A program made the position numbers and the translations under genes. From Lama glama (Eukaryota), in the NCBI GenBank assembly GCA_028534125.1, contig CM052838.1, positions 60,326,001 through 60,390,000 on the forward strand: 64,000 nucleotides of DNA, read 5' to 3'. The notes below the pieces were generated by a model that did not search any database, was not told the DNA's origin, and saw only the letters and a program-made list of their open reading frames with translations. Positions 37,828 to 49,149 of the stretch are shown here, in pieces; the stretch's first letter is position 1; each line of letters opens with the position of its first letter.

Positions 37828-39429
37828 TTCCCCTATTCCTCCCAACAGCCCTACGTTGATGATGGTGGTGGCAGTGGTAGTATTATCTGCTGCACAGAGA
37901 TGTTAAGCAGTTTGCACAGGGCTGTCAGCCTCCTGCACCATTTCTGAGGCCTTCTGATTGGTCAATATACCCCCAGATGCAGATCTAAAGGTGAAGACCA
38001 TGTTCCAGAAGGGCCTATTTCCTCAGGAGGGGCCAGGATGGACACAGCCTGAGGTCACGTGTACCTCTCCCACCCTCTGCTTCTAGCTTTTTTTTTTTTT
38101 GTAAGTTTTAATGCTTTGCAATGAATATCAACTACTAATTTAATAAAAAAGTCTTCAAGTCAAAAGGTGGGGAATGGCTGCTTGAGGCGATAAAGACCCT
38201 TTTTACAGGCCTGGCCTGTACCCTCCGGGGGCTGCTTGCTCAAGAAGGTGACACGGCACCCAGAGGAGAGGGTCCAGGGAGGGGTGAGAGGCAGCCTCAG
38301 AGCAGGGCCCACCCCAGTACCCTTGCCCCCTGTGTGCAGGAGGCAGGGCCCGGGACCTCAGAGGGGCTGGCCTCCTCTGCCAGTCTGACTCAGGGGTCTT
38401 TCCCTGGTCTCTTTTCTGCTGGAAGTTTGGGGAGACTCTGACTACCAGCCACTCTCGGGGTGCTGCTGGGGCTCACACCGACCCCGGGGGGTCCCAGCCC
38501 CGGTCAGTGCCTCTGGAAGCCAGGGTTTATCAGAACCCCTGTCATCCCAAAGGGCTGACTGAGATAGCACTCACTCTGCACCTTCAGCCCAAGTCTCTCA
38601 TGCACCTGAGCCCAGAGCCCACGCACACAGGGGCACCCTGCCGACGATGCTCATGTGGAAAGCCCTCCTCCCAGGTAGGAGACTATATAAACCAAGATCA
38701 AAAGACCCGTAAGACAGAGAGTCCACCACCCAGCTGGAGGACACACGGAGCAGTGCCAACTCTCGACACAAGCCAACCTTTCCACAGACTTGCAGACCCA
38801 CTCGTTTCCCAGCAGCTGCAAATGCAGGTAAAGCCACGTGGAGGCTAGGGTCTGGGGACAGTTAGTCTCACACCAGCCGCCATCTGGCCGCGAGCAGGTC
38901 CCTACAAACCAGTGACACTGGCTCACGGGGTGCCCAGGCACAGGGCCCTGCATGTTCCAGGCTACATCCAGGGCTCCTTTCAAATGCATAGAGGTTGCCC
39001 TGGGCTTGGCTTTCAAGGCTCCTAGAGAAGCAAGGCCCATCTCCTGAGGCCATAAGTCATCTGAGGGGGGAGAGCCAAAGCAAGCAGAGCCCATGGGAAA
39101 CGGCTGGCTGGGTCTGGAGGCTTGGCAGGGGGGGCGGCTCAGGGTCCACCCATCCCCAGGGCGCTGCCCGCAGCCCTTCGGCCCACAGGCTTCCCAGGGG
39201 CCCCTTCTCCGCTCTCCCTAGACTCTGCCCTCCCCAGGCCTCAGCCAGGGAAAGGCAGGCAGAACCAGGGCAGCCTCCTCAGGCTCTTGGAGGCCTGCCT
39301 GGAGCTGATGGAGCAATCCATACATCTGGGCACAGCCCCACCGAGCAATATATCTTTAAATGGTTTCTACCCAAGTGAGGACGGGAAATGTCTCCAGTGA
39401 TGCCAGGGGTGTTATTCCAACTTGCGGCT

Positions 39430-39465
39430 AGTAAAATATAATAACACGTGTAAGTTGTTTTTATT
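39430..39465 (-). terminator. Candidate intronic polyadenylation signal
   Basis: Sense strand AATAAA (39465-39460), aacaacttaCA, then GU/U-rich cgtgttattatatttt. Confidence 0.35.
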
Positions 39466-41137
39466 ACCTATCTAGCTTATTAGCTAATAAAATAAGCTCA
39501 GCATTAAAAATTTAACTGAAGCCCTTTCTCGTGCACCCAGAACTCAAGACTCTGGGTTTCCTTTCAGAAGTCAACAAATCTGTCACCTCTCCAGCATTCT
39601 TACCTATTTAAATTTCTCCAAGAAGGAAAATTCCACTCGCCTGTCCAATGTCCAGGAAATGTGTTCAATCGCCGCCTAGCTAGGAAAGCACTCAGGGGAA
39701 AGCAAGGGATACACCTGGGGCAGCCATGTGATAGAAGGAAGGGAAACTGGAGATGAGGGCAGAGGGTGGAGTCTGCCCAGTCCTCCCGCAGGCTCTTCCC
39801 CAGGCGAGCCCCACCGGCCCGGGGAGGCGGGAGCACCACCAGCTGGTCCTCCGACTGCCCCAGACCAGGGCCTAGGCTCTTAAGCAAAGTGGCCAGAAAG
39901 CCTGGACTCAGGGGCCAGGTGTGCTCAAGACTGGAGATACCTGCACCTCTTCTTCTGGGGAGACCTCAAGGCTGGGAGGAAAACCAAGAGGAAAGAGAAG
40001 GAAACTCCATAGACAGAAGCCATATTTTCATTCTAAAAGGAGGCCTGACTGAAAAAAAGCACTGGCCACTGAAGGAAGGTGGTGGAGCCCGCCTGAAAAG
40101 GAGTGGACGTGACAAGCCTGTTTGCCCAGATGTGCGCACATGCTCGTGAGCAAGGCCAACCTCTCACCAAACCGGCCTCTGTGACCCTCCAGCCCAGCCG
40201 TGACTGATGCTCATGTAACAAGACTAGAAAGGACGATAATCAAACCGTGGCCCTGAGCACCTAAGGGCCTCCTGGACACAGAACCCGGAGCGCCACCTTC
40301 TGCCCACCATATCCACCTGTCCTCGGGTGGACAGCCACAAGGGCCAGCCCTGCTCCCTGGGCCTCACCATCACACGCTCTCATCCTTGGGATTCCCCAGT
40401 AAAGAAACAAACGCAGGCAACGCTCAGGCGTGGAGACTGTCCTGATCGTGGCGCATTAACTCCAAGTTCCTCATTCAAATCAGTACCTGAGATCAGAGTT
40501 AGCAGGAGGCAGGGATCCGAGACTGAGGATAAAGTGCATGTGACAGAGGCATGTGGCCAGAGGCCTCACCTATAGTGAACAGCAAGGACGATTACACAGG
40601 TGCCACTGACAAGTGATCACAACTTCTTGATGGTCTCACATTTTCAGCAGTTTAACCAAAAGAATAAGTGCTTCCCACCATTTCTCGCTTTCTAAAACCA
40701 TCACCCAGGGCCCTGACCTCAGGATCAGCGTAATCCAAGTGACACTGCATCCCGGCCTGTGCGAGCACTTCTTGGGGCGGCTGCAGGGACGGGTTCCTGG
40801 GAGAGAGGCTTCAGAGAACTGCCAGGAAGGGGGTAACCAGTGTGTGGTGATGCTGGTCTGCCCAAGGCCCTGTCCGTCCCCATCTGTCCGCTCTTACACC
40901 ACTAGCACTGGGTTCACAGGGAAAGAACAGTTCTGATTTTAAATGGAAAGAAAAAGACCCTTTACAAAGTGGGGCTTGATTTTCTCCTTCTCGGAATAGG
41001 ATTTTAAAAAGCAGGAAATTAACCCATTCCTGGGGGTGTCTGAAACTGACCCCCTGCACTTGCCTGGGATGGGCCAGGAGCAGCAGAGGCTCCGAAAGGC
41101 ACCTGCAGCACCTCTCAGCACCTTCTGGGGCTCTTAC

Positions 41138-41916
41138 CTGTGCCATCTTGGCAAGGTCCAGGGAAGGCCTCGGCTCCTGCACCTCTTCGGGGCGCCGCCG
41201 CTTAACGCCGACCTTCTTATCGTTAAGGACACACGGCTGGGAGCGGCTGCGGGAGAGCCCGCTAGAGCGTCTCCCCAGCTCTGGCGTTGAGGCAGGTGTG
41301 CTGTTGGCTGAGGGTGGACAGTACTCCGCGAACGAGAACTGCTCGTGCGAGCAGGAGAGGGACCGTTGCATGTCAAGCCGGCCCCCACCCACCAGGCTCG
41401 GGTTGGGGCCCCAGATGTCTCTCGCCTGTCCACAGATGGCGGAGCCGGGCACCCCTTGGCAGGGCTGACCACCGAATTGGTGGTGAAAGGCCGCCTGGTC
41501 ACAGGGCGAGGAGAGCACGTTGGCCCGGGAAGGGAGGCTGAAGCTGGAGCTCCGCTGCATGGTGCTGAAGCCGTTGGAATAGCGCTGGACGCTGCCCCCG
41601 CTGTAACAGCGCCTCTTTTCCACAGGCGTCCAGACTTTGGACCCCAAGGGCCTCCATGATGTTCGGCAGCTGGACATCTCGTCGGAGAAGGACAGTGACC
41701 GGCACTGGCGCTTGCTGGGGGGCGCGGAGGGGTTCCCGTTGTGGTCACTGAGGCTGAGGTCTTTGATCAGGTTGGTGACCGCGCAGGCGGTGGCGGCCTC
41801 CCGGTGCCACAGAGCGCTGTCCTGACACTTCTCAGGCAGGCACTCCCAGATGCTGGCGCTCGGCTGGTCAATCTGAAGAGAGCACTTCCTGTCCAGGTCT
41901 CGCCATCTGTCATTTT
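41138..41916 (-). CDS. FAM53B: FAM53B large internal coding exon (equivalent to human exon 4), 779 nt, phase 1 start, phase 0 end
   Basis: Minus-strand translation (E)NDRWRDLDRKCSLQIDQPSASIWECLPEKCQDSALWHREAATACAVTNLIKDLSLSDHNGNPSAPPSKRQCRSLSFSDEMSSCRTSWRPLGSKVWTPVEKRRCYSGGSVQR...RSRSQPCVLNDKKVGVKRRRPEEVQEPRPSLDLAKMAQ is recognisable FAM53B. Acceptor ttctctttgtcatttatgaaccAG at 41918-41917; donor CAG|GTAAGA at 41137. ORF 40811..41677 covers only part of it and runs into the intron. Confidence 0.97.
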
Positions 41917-42004
41917 CTGGTTCATAAATGACAAAGAGAAACAGGATTTGAGGAGGCCTTCATGCCAGTCCTCTATCTCCTCACCAAAACCCGTCTTAAG
42001 CAGG

Positions 42005-42140
42005 AATTTAGAGCTAGAAAGGCCCTTAAAAGCCATCCAGGGCGACCTCGATTTACAGATGAGAAACTGAGGCCCAGAGAGGGGATGTGAGTTCCCGGGT
42101 GCTGAGTTAGACGCAGAGCAAGGCCTAGGATCCAAGCACT
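42005..42140 (-). mobile_element. MIR3 SINE just upstream of the large exon
   Basis: gagctagaaaggcccttaaaagccatccag...tttacagatgagaaactgaggcccagagagg. Confidence 0.85.
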
Positions 42141-43029
42141 GCCCAGGATGCCTGGCACGGCTTTCTCTCCAACGCACCGTCCTGCCTCCCAGGAAAGTCC
42201 ACATCACTATTTTTCACACAAAATGCTTCTCATTTTCTAGAAGGGAAACTGACTTGTCCCACCCCCCCCACCCGGCCGGCAGCAGAGTCGGGTGACATGT
42301 CGGTGACATCCCGTGTCAGGGCTCTGGGGCTGGGACTCAGTGCCCTGGCAGAAGGCCATGACCAAAGACGACTCTGCCGTACTTTAGGGGCTGGAGGTGC
42401 TGCCAGGTTAGTTCATCTGAAGCCCATCTTGAAAACACTTGCTGACAACAGAAACTGAATATTTCCTTGATTTAAGTCCCCTCCACCAAAATGCTCCACA
42501 ACATCAGCAACCAACAAGAGCTGCCAATCACTGAGGACTTTCCTTGCATTCACTTGCTTTCTTGCCAAAATAGAGAAAAAAGCAGCTAAAATCTATAGGG
42601 ACAAGCCTTGGGCTGCAAAGACTTAAGGGAACAATTTAAACTTACGTTATCTGGGTCTCGACTTGAACACAGGAATAAATAAGCTCACCCTGCTATGAAA
42701 AGCTGACTTGGCACTTTGAACCTTTATTTTAGTGAAGTATTCAATAACTATTTATTGTTTTTCTCCTACGCGGAGCATTCTGGGCGAGCAAAGATAAATT
42801 TGACATGGTTCTTGTATTCAAGATCACGATACGAAAGCGAAGTTAAGAAATACGCCATGCTCCCAGAGATCGACGTATTAGCATGTTTCGATTTTTTTCT
42901 ATTCTATACATATTTATAAACGGTGCAAATGTGAATACAGAGAGAAATATGACTTGAGTCAGTCTCAGTAGAAGGAGAGCAGTGAAACCTGAAATGACAT
43001 TCAGAAGGTATGTCACGCACACTGATTCT

Positions 43030-43200
43030 CAGCACAATTACCACGCGTCCACCACGGGCGCCCTGGGTGGTTGCCATCACTGCCAGACGGGGAGAATGAG
43101 GCTCGGAGAGGTTGAGTAAGCGGCCCCGAGCCACACAGCTAACAAACGATGAGGGACTGGCCCAACCCGAAGTCCAAGCTGTTCTCACTTCACTGCAGCA
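43030..43200 (-). mobile_element. MIR SINE
   Basis: tgaggctcggagaggttgagtaagcggccccgagccacacagcta. Confidence 0.7.
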
Positions 43201-44074
43201 CTGAGGGAGCCACAGGGGAGCCTGACACTGGCCCTGTCCTCAGGGCAAGGACCAGTCGTGCAAGACAAGCCATGCCTCAGGAAACTGTGACGTCACCCAC
43301 ACAAGTGCTCCAGGCAGCTGGGACTGCAGAACCAGCTCCCCTACCGGTGGCCACTTTTCCAAGGGCACTGAGAGACACACCCAAGGGACCGACCCCAGGC
43401 TGAGTGTCACAAGCAGCAGCTACATGACAGGTTCAAAGGGAGTGACCGATGAGGCCCAAAAGGAGATTCACAAGCCCAAGGAATTGCCAAATCAGGGCTA
43501 AATGTGACCGCCTTCCTCCAGGGCGCCCTGTGTCGTCTGCAGTCATGAGACGCGCAGAGCCTGAGGGGGCCGGGACCCTGGGCCGGGGACATGGGAAGAG
43601 TGGTCCAGAGGCTGTTCCCACGGGAGGGCCTTAGAAGCTGGAGATGCAGGAGAGAGATTTGCCTCAAGCCCAGCAGGCCAGCTGGGAACAAAGCAGGTCT
43701 GTCACTAAACGTCCAATTCATCTCATCCCTGAAATCTTCCCAGGCCCTGGCGCACGGCAAGTCTCCAGACGTGCTCCTTCAACTGAATTTGACAAATCAT
43801 TACCAGAAGTTACCTTCTTGCAAATAGCATTTATGTTGTTCAAAACAGGCCTTCACTATCCACTACTCCTCGAATATTCGCCATTCTTTTCTAAAAGAGT
43901 ATCTTGCCAGCAGTTGAAAGTTCAGCAAACTAACACAATACTAAATTAAAACACTGAAGTAATACTAAAGTAAAAATTTTAAAAATATAAACCCACATCG
44001 ACTGAGTTGCGACCAACTCTGTTATCTGATTTAGAAGAAAAGTTATCCTCAGAAAAAAGTGGAGATTTATGTTT

Positions 44075-44420
44075 AATGATGTTCTTCAAAATGATATAAG
44101 CGATAGCAAAATGGTAAACACAACTAAAATGTCCCACAGTAGGGGGCTGGTTAGATGAAGTATCAAGGAATAACATGGAGCATGAAAAAAGCAGCTTCAA
44201 AGAATATTAATGATGTGAGGAAATGTTAATGATGTAATACTAAGCATAAAGAAACAGGATATAAAACTGTATAGACAGTATGATTCTTATTTAGTAGAAC
44301 ACATATGCTGTGTGGGAAGACAGAAAGGAATAAACCTAAATGTTCATGGCCAATCGGCAGAGAGCTGGTTGATTTTTCTTTTTGGTTCCCGAGAGCTTCT
44401 GTGTTTTCTATAAGGACAAT
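44075..44420 (+). mobile_element. L1ME-like 3' fragment
   Basis: atagcaaaatggtaaacacaactaaaatgtcccacagtagggggctggttagat...aaacaggatataaaactgtatagacagtatgattc. Confidence 0.75.
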
Positions 44421-44863
44421 TATGTGGAGAACCTGACCACCAAGCCCACAGGTGCTGTGCCAGGCTCAGGGCCAGGCTCACAACCATCCTTCTCTGGGCT
44501 TGTTCCTTTGGTCTTTCAGGAAGTTCCCATCAAACTACGCTGGCCACCAACTTCTCCTTCTGGACAAGGCACTGAGGCGCCAGATGGGCCACAAATGTGG
44601 CCGACTGAGGAAGGAACTAGGGGACCCAACCAAGGGCAGTGAGGGCCCCAACTTCCAACTAGAGTCCACTAGAGAAGGTCTCTCTCCAGGCCCTGGGAAA
44701 CCCGGGGAATTAAGAGATTGATCCCACCCTCAGAAGGTACCACTTTCTGTTCCATTTTTACTTCACTGCCCTGGAAGCTTCCCCATCTCCAGGGGAGAAC
44801 AAAGGGGGAACTGGGAGCCAGTTAACAAGCACGGACGTTCTGTCTCCATCATTCGGCAGTGCC

Positions 44864-44881
44864 ATCGCTCTCTAGCGGCCA
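44864..44881 (-). promoter_or_regulatory. Candidate CTCF site TGGCCGCTAGAGAGCGAT
   Basis: One core mismatch (GAGC for GGGC); motif only. Confidence 0.35.
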
Positions 44882-45524
44882 TCTTGTGATCTCGGTGCTT
44901 CTTGACTAGACCCCTTGGGCCTCCCTACTCCAGTCCCAACTCCTTTCTGCCGCCAGAGAACTTTCTGAGGTCATGGTCCATCCCCTCCCGCAGCTTCTCA
45001 TTGCCCCCTCAAAAAAATGCAGACATTTCATCCTGGCATCCAGATCCCCACCTACTCATGGTCCCCCTACAGGCCCTACACTCCAGGCACACCCAACCTG
45101 CCGTGACATCAAGAGTCAGCCCAGAATCAGACAGAGCCAAGATCATCCCTAAAAATGCCTGAGGCCATAAAGCCACTCCTCCTGGTTTTGTGTACACAGT
45201 CCTGAAGAGTGACTCTTCTGCACCAGCAATTCTTTGTGAAACTGAAGTTTAACAAATCGATTGGAGGAACGAGCACAGGTGCTGCCTGCGTGCAGAGGGC
45301 TGTGTATTCAACGTGCTTTTAGGTTAACTATCAAATCCCAGTGGGACTGGTGTCGGAGGGCTAATTCTATCGTGTTCCTACTTGCCTACAGGAACTACTC
45401 CACTCTGTTTTAAAGAGTAAGCCTCTATGACCTTAGTATGTAAGATGTCTCTGTCGTAGGGGGGACTAAAACAGTCAGTTCTCAACTCAGTCCACGGGTT
45501 AAACGTGAGCACGGCAGTGGCTCT

Positions 45525-45885
45525 GCAGCTTCCCCTCAAACATCAGTGCTTTCTCGCCTTCACCCCTTTGCAGAGGCCTGGAATATAATTCTCCTGCTTT
45601 ATCCTTCTACCAGTCTCTCACTCACCATTTGAGACCCAACTCAAACATCACCTCCCCTGCAGACATGTCTTCACATACAGGCCCTTGGGCAGCCCCAGCC
45701 TTTGCCTAGACTTCCAATCATATGGTTCGTGTTAACTGAATCCTAATTATCTGTTTATTTGTCTCCTTCTTCTACTGAGCTACAAGTTCTAGTACACGGT
45801 CCCGACATGACTCTCCAGCACCCAGTACCGAGCCTGGCACACAGCCGACCTCAGGCGGGGATGGGGGGAGGAAGGAGGGGATGAC
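45525..45885 (+). mobile_element. L2 3' fragment
   Basis: gacccaactcaaacatcacctcccctg...tgtttatttgtctcc...ccagcacccagtaccgagcctggcacacag. Confidence 0.75.
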
Positions 45886-46529
45886 GAGTGCGGAGAAGAA
45901 CAACAGAGCAGATGGTGGGGGTTCACTTGGTCTTGCCTGTCTCTTGCCCCTGGCGCAGGTAATCGCTCCTTGGCCAGGCAGGTCCAACCTGGGCTGTGTC
46001 TTCAACTCCCCGCCCCACCGGAGCCATGGATGGCTGTGTGTGAACTAGCCAGGACACTGGCTGGCACAGCAACGTCTAAGACCCTTTGAAAACACAAAGC
46101 ACTGCCCGACACTGAGCACTGCTGTTGTGTGTCAACACCAGCCAGGTGGCCACTTGGTCTGTCTGTGGGGCAGAGAATATTTTAATTGTTTCTATCTTTA
46201 TCGCTTCAAGAAGTACAATATATGAAAAGTAAAAACAATCGAGGCTATGTTTAGCCCTTGTGTTTTCCCCCTTCACTCAGGGAACAGAAGGCGATTTGTT
46301 GGGTCAGGTCAGCAGACAAAAGAAACAGGAATAGAAGCTCATTTTCAGTGGCAAACAGCCCTGAGCGTTCGGCCCAACGTCACGCTGCACGAAAGGCCCC
46401 GGTAAGGCTCCAAGGAGAGGATACCGGACGCCCCCGCCCCTCCATTCAACATCACTTCTGTACAAACAACTATAACTCTTTCAGAAGTGACAATGGCCGT
46501 GGACCCAGGGAGTCCGCTGAGCAGGGCTC

Positions 46530-46700
46530 ACTGGTGTGGGAAGGGTGCGGACCTGGGTTCGAGCCTCAGCTCTGAAAGTTACTGACTCTCTCAGAGCCTC
46601 AGTTTCTTCATCTATCAGCTTGCAGAGCTACTCTGAGGACGCAGCGGCTGCCTGGCACAGGGCCTGAGGGGACACACAACGAGCTCTCAGTGACGGTAGC
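46530..46700 (+). mobile_element. MIR SINE
   Basis: gacctgggttcgagcctcagctctg...ctctcagagcctcagtttcttcatct. Confidence 0.75.
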
Positions 46701-46787
46701 CACAGTGTGACAACACTGGAGAAGGCCTGGGTAGGTGCGCCTCGGCCCTTCTACAAGCTGGTACCAATCTGGCTGTGTGTTCTGCAC

Positions 46788-46960
46788 GAGGGCTTCTAAA
46801 AGTGCAGTTTGGGGACTAACTGCAGGAGTAGCCTCTGGGGAGCTAAATGCAGAGTCCCAGGCCCAGTCCCTGACCTAATGAATAGAATCTCTAGTGGGAA
46901 GAACCTGCATTTTAATAAACTCCCCGGGTTATCTTAACACAAAGTTGCTGAGAACCACTG
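46788..46960 (+). mobile_element. MER5A (hAT-Charlie MITE)
   Basis: aaatgcagagtcccaggcccagtccctgacctaatgaatagaatctct...ctgcattttaataaactcccc...tgagaaccactg; decayed TSD ttctgcac/ctctggac. Confidence 0.85.
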
Positions 46961-47477
46961 CTCTGGACTGCAGGCCACACAGGGGCCTGGGCCCTCAGAC
47001 AGCTCTGTGGCAGCCCCGTCAGACCGTCCAGCCACACCAGGAAGCTTCTGCAGCGCTGACGATCCCAGTCTCTACAAATCCGGATTCAGAACACCACTGA
47101 AAGGTGGTGTTCGTTTTGCTTGGGGCCAGTAACACAAAGCAGAATTATGGAGAAGGACAACTGCCCTTCAGGTACCTCAAGGTCCATTTTCACAGGAGGT
47201 GGTGGGTTGCACAGTATGTTCTGGATGGAGAGCCAGTGGGAAAGGCCTGAGAAGAGCCAAGAGTCTACATGAAGGGGATAGTGTGAGACACGCTGTGGCC
47301 TACAGCTTCTCGGGGAGGTTCCCAGCACCAAGACTCTGGCAGACATGGTATGGCCCGGGGACACTGGGATCAGCCCCTGAAGTTCTAGGCAGTCCCCCTT
47401 ACTTTAACCTTCAGGAACAACCAGAGTTTCTCCACTTCCCTGCTGAGCCTAGTTCACAAGTTTGAGATTATACATAG

Positions 47478-47515
47478 GAGAGAGAGAGAGAGAGAGAGAG
47501 TGAGTGAGTGACTGA

Positions 47516-47546
<31 letters not shown>

Positions 47547-47547
47547 T
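47478..47547. repeat. (GA)n(GAGT)n(GT)n compound microsatellite
   Basis: Read directly from the sequence. Confidence 0.98.
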
Positions 47548-49149
47548 AGTATAAACACACCCGGGGCTTTTTCTACAAAGGAGAGAGAAAACCTGGCAAA
47601 AATACACAAAAATCACATGCACACCATCTAGTCTCTCACAGATGGACTGACAAGATGACCTCCAAGGGGTCTCTCAAAGCTGAGGCTCCATGTCTGAGCT
47701 TGAAGTTTCTGGAAAGACTTCTACTGGCCTGGGGCACACAGGAGAAGCCGACGACACCCACACAGGCGGGGACAGGAACTCAGATCCCCCGACTGCACTC
47801 ACAGGCTTTGGTCCTGTGACTCCTTGGTTAAAGGGGAACAGAAGGCTGCTGGGTGCACAGATCTAGAGCTCAAAGAAAGAAAACGCCCAGAGGAGCACAA
47901 ATAGCATTTGACCTCAAATGTTCTTATTTCCATTTTTGCCCTCAAACTTGAAGGGAAATTCCCAGGGGCCCAGATTCTGAGTGGACTACAAGCTTTCTTA
48001 CGCTCAAAAGATGGAGGAGATTTACAGCCTCGGATCTCTCTATGCTGTGTTTCGAGGCTGCCTTATGCTGACATAACCACAGCAGAATGTGGTTTCTAGA
48101 AGAGGTTAAGCACCTAAAGCACAGACCCGAGACGCAAGGCTCCTGCAGCCGCCCAGGCCAGGGCAGCAGGCCTCCAGCCAGATCGAGGCTGGCTGACTCA
48201 CTCCTGGATTTCACACCTGTCTCCTTGTGCTGACGTCAGTCTGCCTCCCCTGCCCTGTGGGCTGGGTTCTGCTAGCTCGGCCTCAGGGCTGCAAGGACTC
48301 CATGCTTGATTTCGGGGTAGAAGCTCACCAGCCCTTTCAATGGGAAACTCAAGAGCGCTGAGGTGGCTGTTTGAAGGCAGCTTTATCACACTGGTCTTAC
48401 GAAAAGAACACAGGTGGGAAAACGTACAGGGCAATGACGTGAGCTGCCCCACAATGGCATCATCTACTTTGAAACGAACTGTACAGCCCCTGGCCCACAG
48501 GGGTGTCTCTTTTCCTGGATCACCAGGGTGGGGACTCAGTTCACAGCTGTGTCAGGAAGACAAGGTTCCCGGGCCTTGCCTGCTGAAGGTTCAGCCTCTG
48601 GTTGTGCCCTCTCACCTGCAATAAATCATAAAATGTCAGCTGCATCTTGGGTTCAGGGACAGCAGCACAGGACACCAAGCACCTGAGCCAAGGCATGAGG
48701 ACAAGGGTCTAGGATGGCTGGAGAGAACACTCCACTGGCCCCACTGAGGGAGGGCTGGCTCGAGGGGCTCTGGGAGAAGCCCGAGAGCCTGGTGAGTTCA
48801 GAGTACTTGCCAGGGTCCTGCTGTCACCAGCCGGGTGGGGGTGGCCCATGGCAGCTACCAATGCTTCTGCGAAGTCTTTGCTCTTATAAAAAGATGCCCA
48901 CAGTGGGATCCCCAAACAGACAGCACAGAGGTATAAAAAAACAAACCCTCCAGACTGGGCACTGGCAGTGTAGACCTCAGTCTCCCAATCTGAGGAAGCA
49001 CAGACGGAGGCCCTTTCAGCTCTGAACAGACTCCCTGCTCTACCCCTGACCTCCAGGGGCATTCAGAAACATACAGGAAAAAGCTAGTACTCACAATGGC
49101 AACAAAAACTCCGAGGAGACAGAAAGGTCAGTCTTATCCATCTCCTTCG

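Noticed and set aside
41555-41575. REST/RE1-like TTCAGCACCATGCAGCGG on the minus strand
   Set aside because: Right half-site is misaligned, and the sequence is explained by codons FSTMQR.
40811-41677. ORF-track 288-aa ORF as a complete single-exon gene
   Set aside because: It starts at an internal Met of a FAM53B exon and runs through a canonical donor; homology continues upstream to the acceptor at 41917.
41134-41748. 204-codon alternative-frame ORF overlapping the large exon
   Set aside because: GTG start, no ATG anywhere, and cut off from the exon start by the stop at 41767; typical shadow frame of GC-rich coding DNA.
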